Shown one piece after another: positions 20,870 to 61,480 of a DNA stretch of 64,000 bases. The position numbers were made by a program, and so were the translations under genes. The notes beneath the pieces are model-generated. The model was given only the letters and a program-made list of their open reading frames with translations, had not been told where the DNA came from and searched no databases. How positions within the stretch are numbered: position 1 is the stretch's first letter; each line of letters begins with the position of its first letter. Source of the DNA: Amoebidium appalachense (Eukaryota > Protista > Ichthyosporea); the NCBI GenBank assembly GCA_963693365.1, contig CAVNZM010000006.1:11597355-11661354 (forward strand). The letters are read 5' to 3'.

Positions 20870-21675
20870 GGGGAGGGGGGATGGAGGGAGGGAGGAAAAG
20901 CGGGTAGGGAGGGAGGGAGCGAGAGGGAGAGGGAGAGTGAGAGAGGGAGGGAAAGGAGAGGGAGGGGGGGGAGAGAGGGAGAGAGGGAGAGGGAGAGGAA
21001 GAGAGGGAGGGAAAGGGAGACGGAGAGGGGAGAGAGGGAGAGGGAGGGAGCTAGAGAAGGAGGTAGCGAGGGAGAGGGCGAGAGAAGGAGGGAGGGAGGG
21101 TTGGTGAGTGGGTGGGTAGGAGGTAGGGAGGGAAGGAGGGGTGGGGGAGAGAGAGGGGGAAGGGGAGGGGGGGGGGGGAGAGGCGGGGGGGGAGGTAAAG
21201 GGAGGGAAGGGGGGGGGGGGGGGGGGGGTAGGGGGGGGGGGGGGGGCAGGGAGGGGGGGAGGAGGGAGAGAGCAACAAAGATAGTGCCTCTTTGACTTCC
21301 CAAGGGCACGAAACCAGGGGCCAGACGGGTGTGTCAGGGAAGATGTATGAGCACGCAGGGGGGCAAGGGGGTAGGGGGGAAGGGGAGGGGGAGAAAGGGG
21401 AGGAAAGCCAGAGGTTGGAAAGGAGGGCCAGAGGTTGGGGTAACAATCGAAGGACTGCAGGGGTGGAGTGCGCAATGGTGTGGGTGCGTGTGTGGATCAA
21501 TTTGCGTGGGTGGGGATGGTAAATTCGAAGGGTAACGGGAGAGAAGATGCAACGGGAGGCGAACCAGAGGCAGGATAAAGAGAACACGGAATTTCAGGAA
21601 AAATTAACTACAGGCAAGGTGCTTTTGCTAAAGGGGAGGGAGGGGGGAGGGAGGGGGGGGGGGGGGGGAGGGGGG

Positions 21676-21712
<37 letters not shown>

Positions 21713-23240
21713 GAGAGAGAGAGAGAGGGAGGGAAGGAGGGAGGGAGGGAGGGAGGGAGGGAGGGAGGGGGAGGGAGGGAGGGAGGGAGCGAGGGAGGGA
21801 GAAACAGAGAGAGGAGAGAATGAGAGAGTGGGGGCAAAAAGGGGGCCACCGACCAGCAACACGTAGAGCCTTCTGGAAGGTCTTGCTGGGCGCTGCGTGC
21901 TCCTTAAGGCCGTCTGCACCTGGCTGGGTGCGGGTGGAGGGGAAAGGGGGAGGGGCGGGCAGGGTGGGGGGGGGGGCAGGTTGGAGGCGAGGATGGTGCA
22001 ATGGTGGTGTGTGTGTATGTTGGGGGAACGGGGGGAGGGGGGGAATGAGTGATCAGTGGCACAACCGTCAGACTGGGGGTCTATTTGCCGAGGCTGTTGG
22101 AGCTGGCAGACAGGGTCGGGCTAGGAGGCCTTGCCCATACCCTCAAAGCCCTCAATGCCTGCCCCCTCCTCATGTCCACAAGAAACACCCCTCCTTCTCA
22201 ACCCTTACAGGCATACACGTCCTAATACGTGGGCGTAGAGACCATCCACCCAAATGCATACGTCACCACATTTCGGCAGCCCCAGGCCGTGCGCGCTCAC
22301 CAACTGACGAATTCCTAGCACATAGCAAACAGTGTGCACGCACACACGCACCTACGTACGCAAGGCTCACCTGCAAGCACAGTGCACGAACCTTCCTGCC
22401 CCGTAGGTGTGTCAAGGGTTGCCCCTTCGTTAGGGGCAGGGCCCCTCCTTCTTAGACTCATGGCGCAGTCGCAATTGGGCCCACAGCCATCCTCTCCCCT
22501 GTCTGTGTGCCGTGGCCTTCCTTGGTTAGGTTACGCAACAACTAGACGTGCCGTCCTAAACTAGCTTATATTTACCTAGTGGGATAGGTGGCGTATAGCT
22601 ACTACTATACTAACTTATAGTTATCTAGTGGGATATGTGGATATGTGGCATATAGCTACTACTAAACTAGCCTATAATTACCAAGGATAGGTGGCATACA
22701 CAAACTACAACACTACTTGCACGGAGGTAGCAACTTGATGCGTCAAACTGTGTCAAACAGTGTTGGAATTGGGTGGCCAGATCCAGATAGATCTAGATCT
22801 GGAAGCCCGCCCACCGGACCTGCACCAATCAGCAACCACCACCCGTTTTGTAGGGGTGACACAGTAAAGCGGCGTGCCTGACATAGAGCCAACCACCACC
22901 CTTGCATGCACATATGACGTCATTTCAATACTCCCAGGCAGTGCTTAATGGCTGCTGCACCAATAAGATAGATGGGTGGATTGCGGCTTTCTTGCCAGGT
23001 TGTATTTGCCTATTATTAGCTCGAGGCAACTTTGACTAAAGCCCACTGAGCCGAGACTGAGAGCTGATGTGCTGAGCTGATGTGACACAGGCGACCAAGT
23101 GTTTGTAGTTAGCCTGCAAGCAAGTGGGACTCCGTCACGCCTTGCTGCCTCTCTCTCTGTACCCGGGAGGCCAACTTCAGCCTGCCCCAGGCAGAAGCAC
23201 GCAGACCAGAGCACCCAGCCGCCACCCCCCTGCCTTGCCC

Positions 23241-23534
23241 ATGCCTCGGCGTCTGAGCCTTGCCCTTGTCCTGGCCGCAGCCGCCTGCCTGTGTCTGCAG
23301 CCAGCCACTGCGGCACCCTCCGACAGCCGCCTCTCCTGCAGCGAGTGGCTGGGCCACACGGCGACAGCTTGCACTTCACCTAACGTCGTGGCGGGTGTCA
23401 GCTGCCACCACCCTTTCTACCGGGGGCCACTGAGGGGCACACCGCACTGCAGTGAGGCCGTGTGCTGTGTGCCGGAGGAGGGCAGTGGAGGGGCAGACTG
23501 GGACGGCCTACACGAAGACGCCAGCCACCAGTGA
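23241..23534 (+). CDS. Small secreted cysteine-rich protein (97 aa)
   Basis: Signal peptide MPRRLSLALVLAAAACLCLQPATA; mature part C-x10-C-x10-C-x14-C-x4-CC with an acidic tail; single exon. Confidence 0.7.
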   Translation: MPRRLSLALVLAAAACLCLQPATAAPSDSRLSCSEWLGHTATACTSPNVVAGVSCHHPFYRGPLRGTPHCSEAVCCVPEEGSGGADWDGLHEDASHQ

Positions 23535-25109
23535 GCGCGCAGTCATGCATAGAGCCGCTTGCATGATGGCGGGCCGGGATAGAACCGGACGCACGTGTGT
23601 TTGAACGAAGAAGAGGTCATATTTCTTTATTGATGACCCATTTGGCTTGGCAAAAATAGAAAGCGGGTGAACGTCATTCGTACTTTGATAGATTTAGAAC
23701 AATTTCGTAGGTATAGATAAAAGGTGTGTACAGCATGACATACGCAGGGCAAGAGCCCTTGCACATTCAGACAAACAAACATAGAAGCCCTGATTTTTGT
23801 AGAAAAGGCAAGGGAACCCACCCTGCCAGATATGCACCACCTACGTATGGCAGCAATAAACACTGCCCGCTACTCCTTTGGGGGCGCCACACCGTCTGCC
23901 CTCCTCTGTGCGGCCTCAGCAGCCAACCGCCTGCGCTCTGCAGCTGCAAGTATCGGGTTGCTGTCCTGCCTGTCTCCCTCCCCCCCAATCCTGCGCCCCT
24001 CCTCTGTCCCCTGCCCACTGCCCCTGCCCCTGCCCTGCTGGGCAGCCCCCCGTCCTCGTCCTCTGCCTCGCGCCCTGCCTCTCTGCTGGTTGCTGGGTGG
24101 CGGTGGCGGCAACTCCTCAGGCCTACAGGGAGAGGGTGGGTCAGGCCAAACGCTGCACCACCACACCACACGCTTTCACAGCGAAAGCGAGGGTACATCA
24201 TGCGCGCAAAGCACATATAAGAACACCGCACCGCACAGGAATACGCAAACACAGTTCAACTACGTGTATATACAGTGTGCACACAAGCAGGGCAATCGCC
24301 CTTCCCATCCCAAGCTCAGGTACAAAAAGCCTACTGCAGAGACGACCCCGTTGGATAAAAGGGTAAAAAAAGTGGGAGGTGGGAAAAAGAGGGAGAAGAG
24401 GCGGGGAGGGAGAGGGGGGTAGGGGGGGAGGGGACGTGCTCAGCTGGTGGCGGGGGACGGTTGACGGGCCGCAGAAAGTCGGGCACGTGCGTGTCTGTGA
24501 CCGCACGGCCCTGCTGCGTGCGTGCGCGGCTGGGCCGTGCCGTGACACTAAACGACATGCTGTGTGCCTGCAAAGCAAGTGTGCACCGTGCAGGTAGACC
24601 CGTATTGGTGGGCTGCTTGACTCAAATATACCTATAGCTATGACCTCTAGCTACCACCAACCGAGGCGGTGTCTCCTTTTTTTTTTTTTTTTTTTTTTTT
24701 TTTCCTTAAAAGGGGCCGGCTGAGTAGATATTAAACGTCGCACGTGCGGCAACACGTCAGTAGGCTAGTGTTAGGACCTCTAGACAGAAAACAGAAGCTC
24801 TGGCTGTCAAGTTCAACTTCAGCTGTCAGCGATCATGATCCAAGCTTGCTTCTTGAGTTGTGTTGGAAAAATTTAAAAAATGGCGCGAAATGCGGACTGA
24901 AATCCAATGGAAGTGCACTAATAACAACCATATTTAGCTAAATCTCTCCCACCTGCTTACGTAAGCCAGTTCCCCTCCTGAGTCCCGTGGTTGTTTTTCG
25001 GCCCACCTTCATTTGGTTTTAGGCCATGGTGTAGTGAAAGTTTTGCCTACCTGCAGGGGAGACTGGGCTTGCAGCGTTCACTGCGCACGCAGCGCCTGCA
25101 GACGCAACC

Positions 25110-32855
<7,746 letters not shown>

Positions 32856-32971
32856 GGGCCCATGAGGGCCGGCAAATAAATGCCCACAGTGACCACACGT
32901 GATTGGTGCATCTGGTGGCCGTGAGGCCCTGGCCTGGGTGGGTGCATGGCGAATGGAAACAAAAAACGGAA

Positions 32972-33012
<41 letters not shown>

Positions 33013-33409
33013 GCCTTCTGGTGTGTTGGCTCATGATGCGATACTGTGTGGATGTGCTCGTGTGTGTATGTGCGTGTGTGCGCGTCTGTTGGTGCGTATT
33101 TTTGTTCGAACGGAGAGTTTGTGTGTCTGTGGTATGTGTTTTTTTTTTTGTTTTTTTTTTCCCCATTTTTTTTGTGTTTGTTTGTTTGTTTGTTTGTTTG
33201 TGTGTGTGTGTGTGTGTGTGTGACAGTGTGTGGGTGCCCGTGCGCGCGCGTGTTCGTGTGTATGTGTGTGTGTGTGCATGTGCGCCACCATGTAGTAACG
33301 CGGTCCGTCAGAGCCCCCTTCAACGGTTATATGCCTATATAATAGAATATTTATAAAATTTACTTATCATAATGATTATTATTATTTATTGGTTTTTTAT
33401 TATTATTGA

Positions 33410-33443
<34 letters not shown>

Positions 33444-34052
33444 CGCGCGCATGCGCGTGTTCGCACATATTCATGTGTGTGTGTGTGTGTGTGCATGTCT
33501 GCCACCATGTAGTACCCCGGTCCGTCGCCCCTTCCTGTTATACATCTATAAAAGTATAGAAGTTGCTGGAGCTCATCCCCACCAGTGGCCAGCACAGCAC
33601 CCTGACCAGGCCCAGAGTCTAGAATGGTTGCAACCGCAGGGTTCGCTTTCTTTTATCCTTCTCCCCCCCAGCCCACGCCCCTCCCGCATCCCGAATTCTC
33701 CCCCGTGTTGGGTAACTTTGGGGGCTGGGTTGGTTATATATGGTTATATATGGTTATATATGGTTAACGCATGTGACTGTGCACGTGTACATGCGTGTGA
33801 CAACTAGTCACACGCACACTCGCTCTCCCTCCCTCCCTCCCTCCCTCCCTCCCTCCCTCCCTCCCTCCCTCCCTCCCTCCCCTCCCCCCCCCCCTCCCCT
33901 CTCTCTCTCTCCCCCCCCCCTCCCCTCTCTCTCCCCCCCTCTCTCTCACTCTCCCTCCCTCCCTCCCTCCCTCCCTCCCTCGCTTTCTCCCCCCCCCCTC
34001 TCCCCCCCCCCCCCCTCTCTCTCTCTCCCCCCCCTCCCCCTCTCTCCCCCCC

Positions 34053-34092
<40 letters not shown>

Positions 34093-34416
34093 CCCCCCCC
34101 CCCCCCCCCCCCCTTCTCTCTCTATCAGTACTATGCCGTATGTGTACACTGGCCAGAGTGTGAACCGGTCAGGCAGCATCTCAAAAACGCGGATCCCGGG
34201 AGGCACCCGTTTGAAATGTGTGCACACTTTTGTGTTTTGAATTTCAACACGGTGCTGTTGTACGTAAGACTGCTGTCTGTTTTCGTTTTCGGTTTTCCCA
34301 TGCATATGAAAGTTGGTTGAAGTTTTTTTTGCAGAATTTGTCGAGCTTCTCCGTTTGCTCTACTGCGTACCCATACTGTGTGACACGTGCATGATAGTTC
34401 AAGTAACGTATGTAGA

Positions 34417-34452
<36 letters not shown>

Positions 34453-35192
34453 AGCCCAGCCCAGCCTAGCCCAGCCCAGCCCAAACTATTATAGTATGGC
34501 CATACAGGATCTTATTTTCCAAAGAAAAAAATATCTAATTATTACTGCTACTACTATAACTAGTTATTGAATTATTTTAAGCTTACACGTGAGTTATCTG
34601 AATGACCCTTGCAGACTAGTCGGGTGCACATGTGTGTGGCTAGGGGACTCGGAAAAGGGTTCAAGTGGAAACTGTTCAAAAGAAACGAAACTTAAGGAAT
34701 GCATGTACAATTTGAACCGAAAGAAAGCAATACGTATACAGTAATCAGGACACTGATCACCCCGCGCATACAAAGCCACCTACACATTCAGAAGGTTCCC
34801 TATGTCACGGTACACAAGTACACAGCGTGTGCGTGTGTTGGCAATGTCGACGGTCAACAATATTTGTGTGGAGTATCAAAATTACGTAAAGATAAACGTT
34901 AACTACGTGAGATAAGTCAGAACTCAATAGTGTCTGAAGGGACACACAGGTACCCATGGTGCGTGTATGCACGTGCCCAGAGAGAGCGCCTTGAGGGTTG
35001 GCTGGCAAGGTGAATGCCTTGGTCAGTGTGCGCGCGCAAGAGAGGGGTGGGGCACATGGGAGCACCCAAAAACCTAGTAAGTATGGACTAGGGCCCAACA
35101 GGCTGAGCATCAAGCCACGGCCAGTAAACCTGCGCCGGTACGTGGTGTCCCCGGACCCCCCCTCCCCACTGCCGCGTTTGTTTAATTCGATG

Positions 35193-35225
<33 letters not shown>

Positions 35226-35279
35226 GCGCCTGGGGAAGGGGGGCGGCGGAAGAGAGAGAGGAAGGGAGGAAGAGGGAGG

Positions 35280-35320
<41 letters not shown>

Positions 35321-35322
35321 TC

Positions 35323-35379
<57 letters not shown>

Positions 35380-35391
35380 AGGGAGGGAGAG

Positions 35392-35453
<62 letters not shown>

Positions 35454-35470
35454 AGAGACTCAGAGAGAGA

Positions 35471-35527
<57 letters not shown>

Positions 35528-36970
35528 AGGGAGGGAGGGAGGGAGGGAGCAGGGGGGCAATGTTGTACATAGAATTCGGCTCACACACCATTTGTGCAAT
35601 GGAAGAAACGGATTATATAAAACCATTTTTACGTTCTTGACAAGTTGTGCAATCGCTTTCAGGCAACCAGGGGGATGCAGTTTCCGGGAATTTCGAGTTA
35701 CCCGCTGTCACAGAGTGTTTTTTTTTTTGTTTTTTTTATTTTATCCCGTTTCACTCCCGGCGAGGCACTGCCTCAGGGGAGCTTACCGTCTTCCGCCTAG
35801 ACACAGATCGTACTGTATAGCACACTCATAAGTCAGGATTCTAATTGACCCCAACTGGCACTATTTTTAGTTACGCCTTATCCCACGGTTCTAGCCGCAG
35901 CAACACTAGTGGGGAAGTGAGCACAGCTCACTTTAACAACACCAGCCGGGAGCGACCCGGGACACATACACAAACATAAAGACTTGAAAGGGGAAGACCC
36001 CATGCCCAGGACGCTGACCCGAATCGTGGCCGGTGACTCGGATTGGTCTCCCACTTGAACGTTGGGCCGGGATGCCCAAGCGGCGCGCCGTCGACGTCAG
36101 AGGGCCGGTGCTGTTCATGACGTCATGTCTTGCGGCCGGATGATAACAAATTGGTGGTGCTGCTTGACGTAGTCTGGGGTGATGGCTTCTAGGGGGCGGC
36201 CAGACCGGTGGACCGTCGAGGCAGGAAAATCGGAAGTAACCAGGATCGATCCTGCGACTTTGAGCTTGACACGCAGATCTTACCATTGCACCAACCCGCC
36301 CCCCCGCTGTCACAGTGTGGATGTGTGCCGTTGTAGGAAACAGAAACAGGACAATGTCACAAGCCCTGTATGCGTGCCCACGTGTAATTGTGTGTGTGTC
36401 TGTGCATGTGCTTGCATGCATGCATGGACAAACAGTCCTTACACTGCTCCGGCAACTGTTTAGCTAGTGATATAGAGGCCGTGTCACATTACATACACTG
36501 TTGGCAAGCCAGACATCGATGCAGTTTCCATAATTCTGGACTTATGGGTTGTCTGAACTGTTTCACATGCACATGCAAGCCATGGCTTGAAGTTTCCGCA
36601 ATTTCAAGGAATCTTTTGTGTTGCAGTTTCAAGGATTTTTACGTGTCTCGGTGCGTATGTGGATGTGTGGTGTGCAAGGTGTGTGCTGGCATGCCAATGG
36701 GGAGCTCGAGCAACGTGTGTGGCAAGTGTGCTGAAACATGCTCCGTCAGTTGACATGGGGAAAGAGGAATAGGAGGGGAAGGTGCACACAGAACGAGAAG
36801 GTCACAGACTCAGTTAAAGTTGGTTTTTAATAGCACTTTCGACTGAAATCATTCAACATGCTCTGACCTCCCAGAGGCTCTCTCTTTACGCGTTACATTA
36901 TCATACACAAATTCTACGTTTCGGGTTTAAGTTCAGGTTCATTTCGGCGGCCAGGTGGCGTGCAGGTTGC

Positions 36971-37213
36971 TTAGTGGCCGGTGACCTTGCGGGTGAACTC
37001 GTCTTCCTTGTAGAACTGGCTGTCGACGAGGTGCCGGCGCTCAGTCGGGAGCACTCGTTGCCACGGGTACTTGTTGGTGCGCGTGTAGGCGTTGTGCGGG
37101 TGCATGGCCGAGAACACAAGCATGCCGCAGGCCCCAGTAACAGCGCCGCCGATCATGACGAAGAGGGGAATGACCTCGGGTGTGTTGCGGAGCAGATTTG
37201 TGAGGTAACCCAT
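36971..37213 (-). CDS. NDUFA4: NDUFA4/COXFA4 (MLRQ/B12D family) mitochondrial subunit
   Basis: PEVIPLFVMIGGA transmembrane segment followed by P...Y.R...YPW; 80 aa. Confidence 0.85.
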   Translation of the reverse strand: MGYLTNLLRNTPEVIPLFVMIGGAVTGACGMLVFSAMHPHNAYTRTNKYPWQRVLPTERRHLVDSQFYKEDEFTRKVTGH

Positions 37214-38937
37214 GGTGGCGGTTGGTTGTGGAAGGTCAGATTACATTAGATAAGCGAGGCGCAGTCAACTGAGGCTCTGTTTTTGCCCCTGCGCGAATTT
37301 ATACCTCTCGCTGCGACGCAGTTGACAAGAAGAGCATGATGATAAATGGCCAATGAAAAGCCTGAGTTGTTCAGGAATGTATTTTGGAACATTCTGGCGG
37401 AACCTGGAGGAAAAGGCGGCAAAGATCAACCAATCACAGTGAAGTCAACAGTAAACGGTATATTATCAAGTAGACGTAACGAATTGAAGCATCTTAATCT
37501 ATATCATGCGACCAGAAACACCAATTATGTTCAGAATTTTTATTTAAAGATTGTTTTACGTATTATATTGAACAGAAACAAGTAAAGGGCACTGTAAGTA
37601 GTCACCTCTTTGGTGCAGGGCGATCATGGCTCACCAAGTGCAATATTTACACTCCTCGAACATAGAAGATTTTTGTCACCGTTTACCAAAGCCAATCAAG
37701 TACTAACCTTGTTTTTCCAATATGTTGGTTTTGGCCGGATTCAATTGGCTTTGTCACCGTAAGATAACCTGTTCAATCTTCCAACAATTATATAAAAAAA
37801 ATTATTTATTACCTTAAGCCTAGGAGTCTGCGATGCAAAGCAAATTTTAGCGGACTATACGTTACAGGACTGCAGGATGAGGGCTTTCAAATGATAAAGC
37901 AAACCAAATATTTCATGCACGATGATTTGTTAGTGATCACGACAGGAAATCGCTTAAAACTATTCACACGCTCCACCAATTGCTCCTTTGCTTAGGGCGA
38001 CTATAATCTCCCTACATGTTTCGACCGGTGTTATGCTGCGTCAAAGACCCCAGAAAAAATTAAAGTTCCAAAACGACTGTTGAAATCATACCGTTATTTT
38101 AGAAGGGCTATACTTTGTATGAGCATTCTAGTTGGTAAAATAAATTATCGATAATCAATGCAATGCAAATTGTCTTGAGAGAAGACAAAATTCGAAACAA
38201 CAGTGAAGTATTATTCAGAATTGAAGGGATTGCTTGTTTGAATCTTGCTGATTATTCCGTGTCTAGAAGAACGTTTCCGTTTGTGGTCACAGTTTCCAGA
38301 AGTCTCGTCGAAATGCTCCGAAGGTTTGCGAAGGATGGAAAAGGCTCACAGGTATGCATATGAAGGATGAGGTGTGACCGTGTCATGCATGGAAAATATG
38401 AAGTGGTCACGATCAACTTTTCACCTGCCCGCACATGCTACTCCCCTCGGACGTATGTACCATAATAGATAGTAGACCCTCCCCCATGCAAATTGTGACG
38501 AGCATGCATATTGACATGTAGTAGGCATGGTATCGTGACCATGTGAACAAGACATTAGCATATCCTGGTGACATACTGTGGCCGTTCACTGATGGATGAT
38601 CATGACTGAGTCACAGAATGCTGCCGAAGAAGGCGCATGATGTTGCGCCAGCCATCCGGGTGAAGGTACTAAAAGAAGCACCCAACCGTTGCCAGGGCAG
38701 TAAGGGAACGGTCCGTTATCGACACGGACCCCGCTGGGGCACATGCGTATTCAATGCTTATGACTTACGCCCGCTTGGGCCTCTCACAGCGAGTCTAAGC
38801 TTTTGCTTGTTTTTCATTGACGGTGTCAGTGATCACGAATGTGGTAGTGGGTCCATGGCCAGGCGTGATGAGGCCGCCCCGCAACCCCCATCCCTTCGTC
38901 CCAAGTTGATGTACCCGACTCGAGGCTCCCTCCTGAT

Positions 38938-38996
<59 letters not shown>

Positions 38997-39024
38997 TACA
39001 CACACACACACACACACACAGACA

Positions 39025-39083
<59 letters not shown>

Positions 39084-39109
39084 TACACACACACGCACAC
39101 ACACAGACA

Positions 39110-39188
<79 letters not shown>

Positions 39189-40258
39189 CACACATACACA
39201 CACACAAACAAACGTACACACACACACATACACACACACACACACATACTCACACACGCATACACACACACACACACACACATTCACACACTGACTCACT
39301 GAAGAGACAGCCATGACCAGGAAAATGAGATAGTCAGGAGAAAGACAGGTTTGACTCCCGCACGCATACACACACACACACACACAGTGTCACAGTCACA
39401 CACAAACACACACACGCACGTCAAAACGTGATCACGTGTATGTCGTGATTTGCACACATACTATCAGTTACACACACATCCTCACGTATGGACTTACTGA
39501 GTGCGTCATGTTCAGTCACAAGCTTAAATAAGGCAGTGTGGCAGATCATAATGCAAATGCTACACACATTTTCGCTCCCCGTCTTGTTTTCTTTCACTCC
39601 CCGTGTCTTCCTCCCCCTCCTCCCTCATCTCTCGTCCTCACCCTCCCCTCACTCTTAAACTTTGGGGCACACTTAACAAATATTGATGCATGCAGGGCCA
39701 ACGATACACACTAGACTTCTCTGTAGCACACACACAACTTGAACACAACGTGGCACCGACACGCGCCTGCGCGCGCACACACGGATACCGCGCCACCCTA
39801 TTCGTTATACCGGGGCCCCTGTATACTAGAAGTTCTAATCGTGCATTGTGGTGATTGCTGTGGTCTTTAATATACAGGGGGTGACTGAAATTAAGATGAT
39901 TTGAAATTTAAAATTAGCGCTATTTTTTTTTTCTTCAAAAATTAAGATAATAGGGTCTACCAAACCGGGTGGATATTATGATCCGGGGGAGGGGGGGGGG
40001 GGGGGGGGGGGGGGGGATGTTGCTCGTGCACACACAGGCTGCCCGCAACTCACGGACGTACAGATCGGTATGGTCACACCAGCAAGCATTGCTAAGCTTC
40101 ACACGCACACACATAGTATCATAATGCACATCATTGAAACATACACACACACACACTCACTCACACACTCGCTCACACACACACACACACACATACCACA
40201 TGCAGGCACGCACACACTGGGAGAGAGAGGGGTGGGGAGGGCCTGGAGGGGGGAAGAA

Positions 40259-40673
40259 CCCAACCACATCCGCTGAGTCAACTTGCTCCGAGCAGAATAA
40301 TCCTGCATAAAGCAGATTATTCTGCTAAAGCAGAAGTACTCAGCAAACTGAGCAGAATTATTCTGCAAAGGCAGAATTATTCCGCAAAAGCAAGATTATT
40401 CTGCAAAAACAGAATTATTTTGCTAAAAGCAGAATTATTCTGATGTCGAAAGCAGGATATTTCTGCTAAATGCAGAATCAATAGAGGAGTAATTCTGCTT
40501 TTGCGGAATATTTCTGCTGAAAGAAGAATAAATCTACTAAAAGCAGAGCGAATCTGCTTTTGCAGGATCATTCTGCTTTTTGCAGAATAATTCCCGGTTT
40601 GCAGAATAATTCCAATTTTTGCAGAATAACTTACAGTGCTTTTTGCAACTTGACTCTGCCGGTGTGGTTTGGC
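40259..40673. mobile_element. MITE/foldback-like element with imperfect TIRs and internal palindromic gcagaa(t/a)nattctgc arrays
   Basis: Left ccaaccacatccgctgagtcaacttgc vs right gcaacttgactctgccggtgtggtttgg; many gcagaat/attctgc units inside. Confidence 0.6.
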
Positions 40674-42116
40674 TGTGGGGCAGGGGAGAGAGAGGTCTTG
40701 AAAGAGAGGGGGGGGAGAGAGAGAGAGAGAGAGAGCTGAGAGAGAGAGAGGGGGGGGGGGGGAGATAAAGAGAGAGAGGGAGGGAGAAAGGGAGGGGGGG
40801 GGGGGGGAGGAGAGAGAGAGAGAGAGAGAGATGTACATATGGCATCATACTCACACACATGCGCACGCGCAACCATGCCCAGACACACACACAAACGCAT
40901 TCACGCACGCGCACACATGCACGCGCGCCAAGACATCGAATGATTCATGCGCATACACATGATGCATTTACATGCACATATGTGCAGCACGTGCGCAGAC
41001 ACACATACACACACACATACACATGCACACACGCGCGTGCCCCCCCCCCCCCCCCCCCCCACACACACACACAAACACGTGCACACACACACACACACAC
41101 ATTTTGCAAGTGCACCTTATGCGCACAAGCGTCGTGGTATGATATGTAATTTTGCATCTGTTTTCCATCTGAAAGCCACATATGCCCCCAGCTACCAGAA
41201 CCACCATTGATTGGAATTTGTTAGTGTACCGAGATCAGTGTTTGAAGTCTTGTTTGAGATGACTGCCCTTTACCTAGCATAGTCGGCTTCTTTCATTAGA
41301 ATAGAAGCCCCCCTCTCCTCCACTTCCAAGTAAAATTACAAGATCATCGAGGCTATGGTCCCTGAAAAATAAATAAAATTATCCCCTATTTCCAAAGTGC
41401 CGATGATCTTAAGCTTTATTTTAGTCACCCCAATTGTAGCGAGAATACGCCGTGATGCCTTGAGCATGTTCAACATTACTTCCATTGCCGGGACTGTGTA
41501 CACTGTGGGGGGCCGGGGGAGGGGGGGTGGGGTGGGGAGGTTAAAGGGGTACATGTACGTATGTATACATGCCTGACTTCTTCAGGTAATTACACCAGCG
41601 GGTTTTTGTTGTTCGATAGGATTATCGGGAATTTTCCCACAGCCTAGATGGATCTAATGGGGCCACCAGTCGTTAAGGTAAAACCAGTCTTCTATATTAT
41701 GTGTGACCCGCTGGCTACATGGGCCGGGCCGGGCGCCACAGGCAACGTCGACAAAGAAGTTATGTCAGGGAAGCTGCAGTGTTACATGCAGGCAGGCGAC
41801 ACTGACCAGCCACACCCGTGGTATGTACATGTCAGGGAAGGACAGGACTCAAATTCAGAGTTACACGTTTTAGCGTGTATTTTTTTTTGTATTGTATAGC
41901 CCTCATTGAATACCTTTTCGGGCTTAAAGTTTCAGGGACATTTCTGTCCGCAAGCCGCTTTCAGTATGTGATTCACAGCCTATAATAGGCTTAAATGTTT
42001 GATCAGGACATAAATCCGCTATGTAACGTTCTGGTCACGCGTGGCGGCCAGGAGAGGTCGTATATGGGTGTGCTCCCCCTCCCCCCTCCCTCCCCCGGAC
42101 CCCCCCCCCCCCCCCC

Positions 42117-42220
42117 TGGCTGATGTTGCATACTTGAATGTTTGACTTTGCATGTGTCCTGCACCATGCTTCTCATCGGGTATGCGTAGCGTACTTCGTA
42201 CCACATGTTCCGCATTCAAC
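42117..42220. mobile_element. Poly-C-bounded interspersed repeat, truncated copy 3
   Basis: ggctgatgttgcatacttgaatgtttg...gttccgcattcaa matches the right end of copies 1 and 2. Confidence 0.75.
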
Positions 42221-42437
42221 CCCCCCCCCCCCCCCCCCCTCCCTCCCCCCCCCCCCCCCCCCAAAGACCTAACGTTCCTTTGGAGGGGAAAACCGTAGTA
42301 GGCTATGAACAACATCTCCTAAACCACACTCTTTCGAATGGGCCAGAGTACCAGCCCCTGCAGATCGCCGGCTACTATCACCCACCGAATCGCAGTTTCG
42401 GTCTAAGCCCATTATCAGACATCGCAGAGACAGAGAC

Positions 42438-42522
<85 letters not shown>

Positions 42523-43607
42523 GTACACACCCACCCCCCCGGCCAAAGTTAACACCCAAATCGAAAAATGCGGAAGGGAGAGTAACCGGTCGGCCAGACT
42601 GCAGCTGAGCACAGTGCACACTCACATTCGCACCTAGAATAGGTACACACAGCGTTTCACACAAATATATGATTATTCAATATGATTTCGAGTCTTGACG
42701 TGTCAATCGCAGCTTGCTTTACGAAAACGGGTTTCTCCGGAATCTTCTCGGTTGGGATCATCACATGCCCCTGACCAAACTTTGGGGCCACTGCGGAAGG
42801 CTCACCCCCACACAATCATTCAATAGCAAAGCTAATTAGCTAACTTGCACGTGCACCCATCAACACACGGGCGGCTAAGTTGGCCCCTGTCACTGCCTCA
42901 CTGGGATTTCCAAAGCCGCACACGTATACATGGCCATCTTGCTAGCTGGCACCTGATCAGGGCGGCCATTCTTCAGAGGCTGAAATGGGTTGACTCTCCT
43001 TGAAAATGCCTGCCATAAATGGCATGTGTGACGTCATATACTTGCTGCGTGTGGATTGGTCCAGCGCGCAGCACTTTGGAGCCGGCGTTGGGAATGTTGC
43101 CAAGCGCAAATAACGGACACACAAGTGACGCAGCCAACACAACTATAGCTAAGTACTTAGGTTTACTTTGCTGGTCCACAAAAAGGTTCGGACTGTCGGT
43201 GCATTACTGAATAATGTGACAAAAGCTCAGCTATGTGCACATTGGTAGTTCAAGTCGTCCGCGCACAGTAGTGAGACAGACAAAGTGAGCTAGGGGTTGG
43301 GTTCACAAGAAACGGCTGTGGCGCGGGTGCCTGGGACTTGCAGGTCTTTGTGTGAAAAAGTGTAGAGTGCCGTGTGTCTCTGGGCTCAGCCATCTCTGCC
43401 TGCAGTGTCACGTGCTGGGCAGCAGCAGTAGTTTCCATACGCACGTGGTCGTGTGCCAGCCACGGCAGCGGCAGGACCGCAGGCCGTGTCTATCCCCTTT
43501 GCTCCCTGCTGCCACGCACAGCGCACGGTTGGGTGCGCGGCGTGGCCGCCACAGTGGCCATGTGTCAGCGCGTGGCGGCGTGTGCCCCGCGGTGCGCCTA
43601 GACCACC

Positions 43608-61371
<17,764 letters not shown>

Positions 61372-61480
61372 GGCTTTACTGGCGGGGCAACCGGGCCCTG
61401 CCATCACTCAAACTGCGAAGGACCACGAATGAAACATTAGATTTAGACTCGATGAAAAGGTGTAGGGTGTCCTGGTGACC

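Noticed and set aside
35900-36320. CpG-rich segment with a 162-aa minus-strand ORF
   Set aside because: No recognisable motif or splice structure; left uncalled
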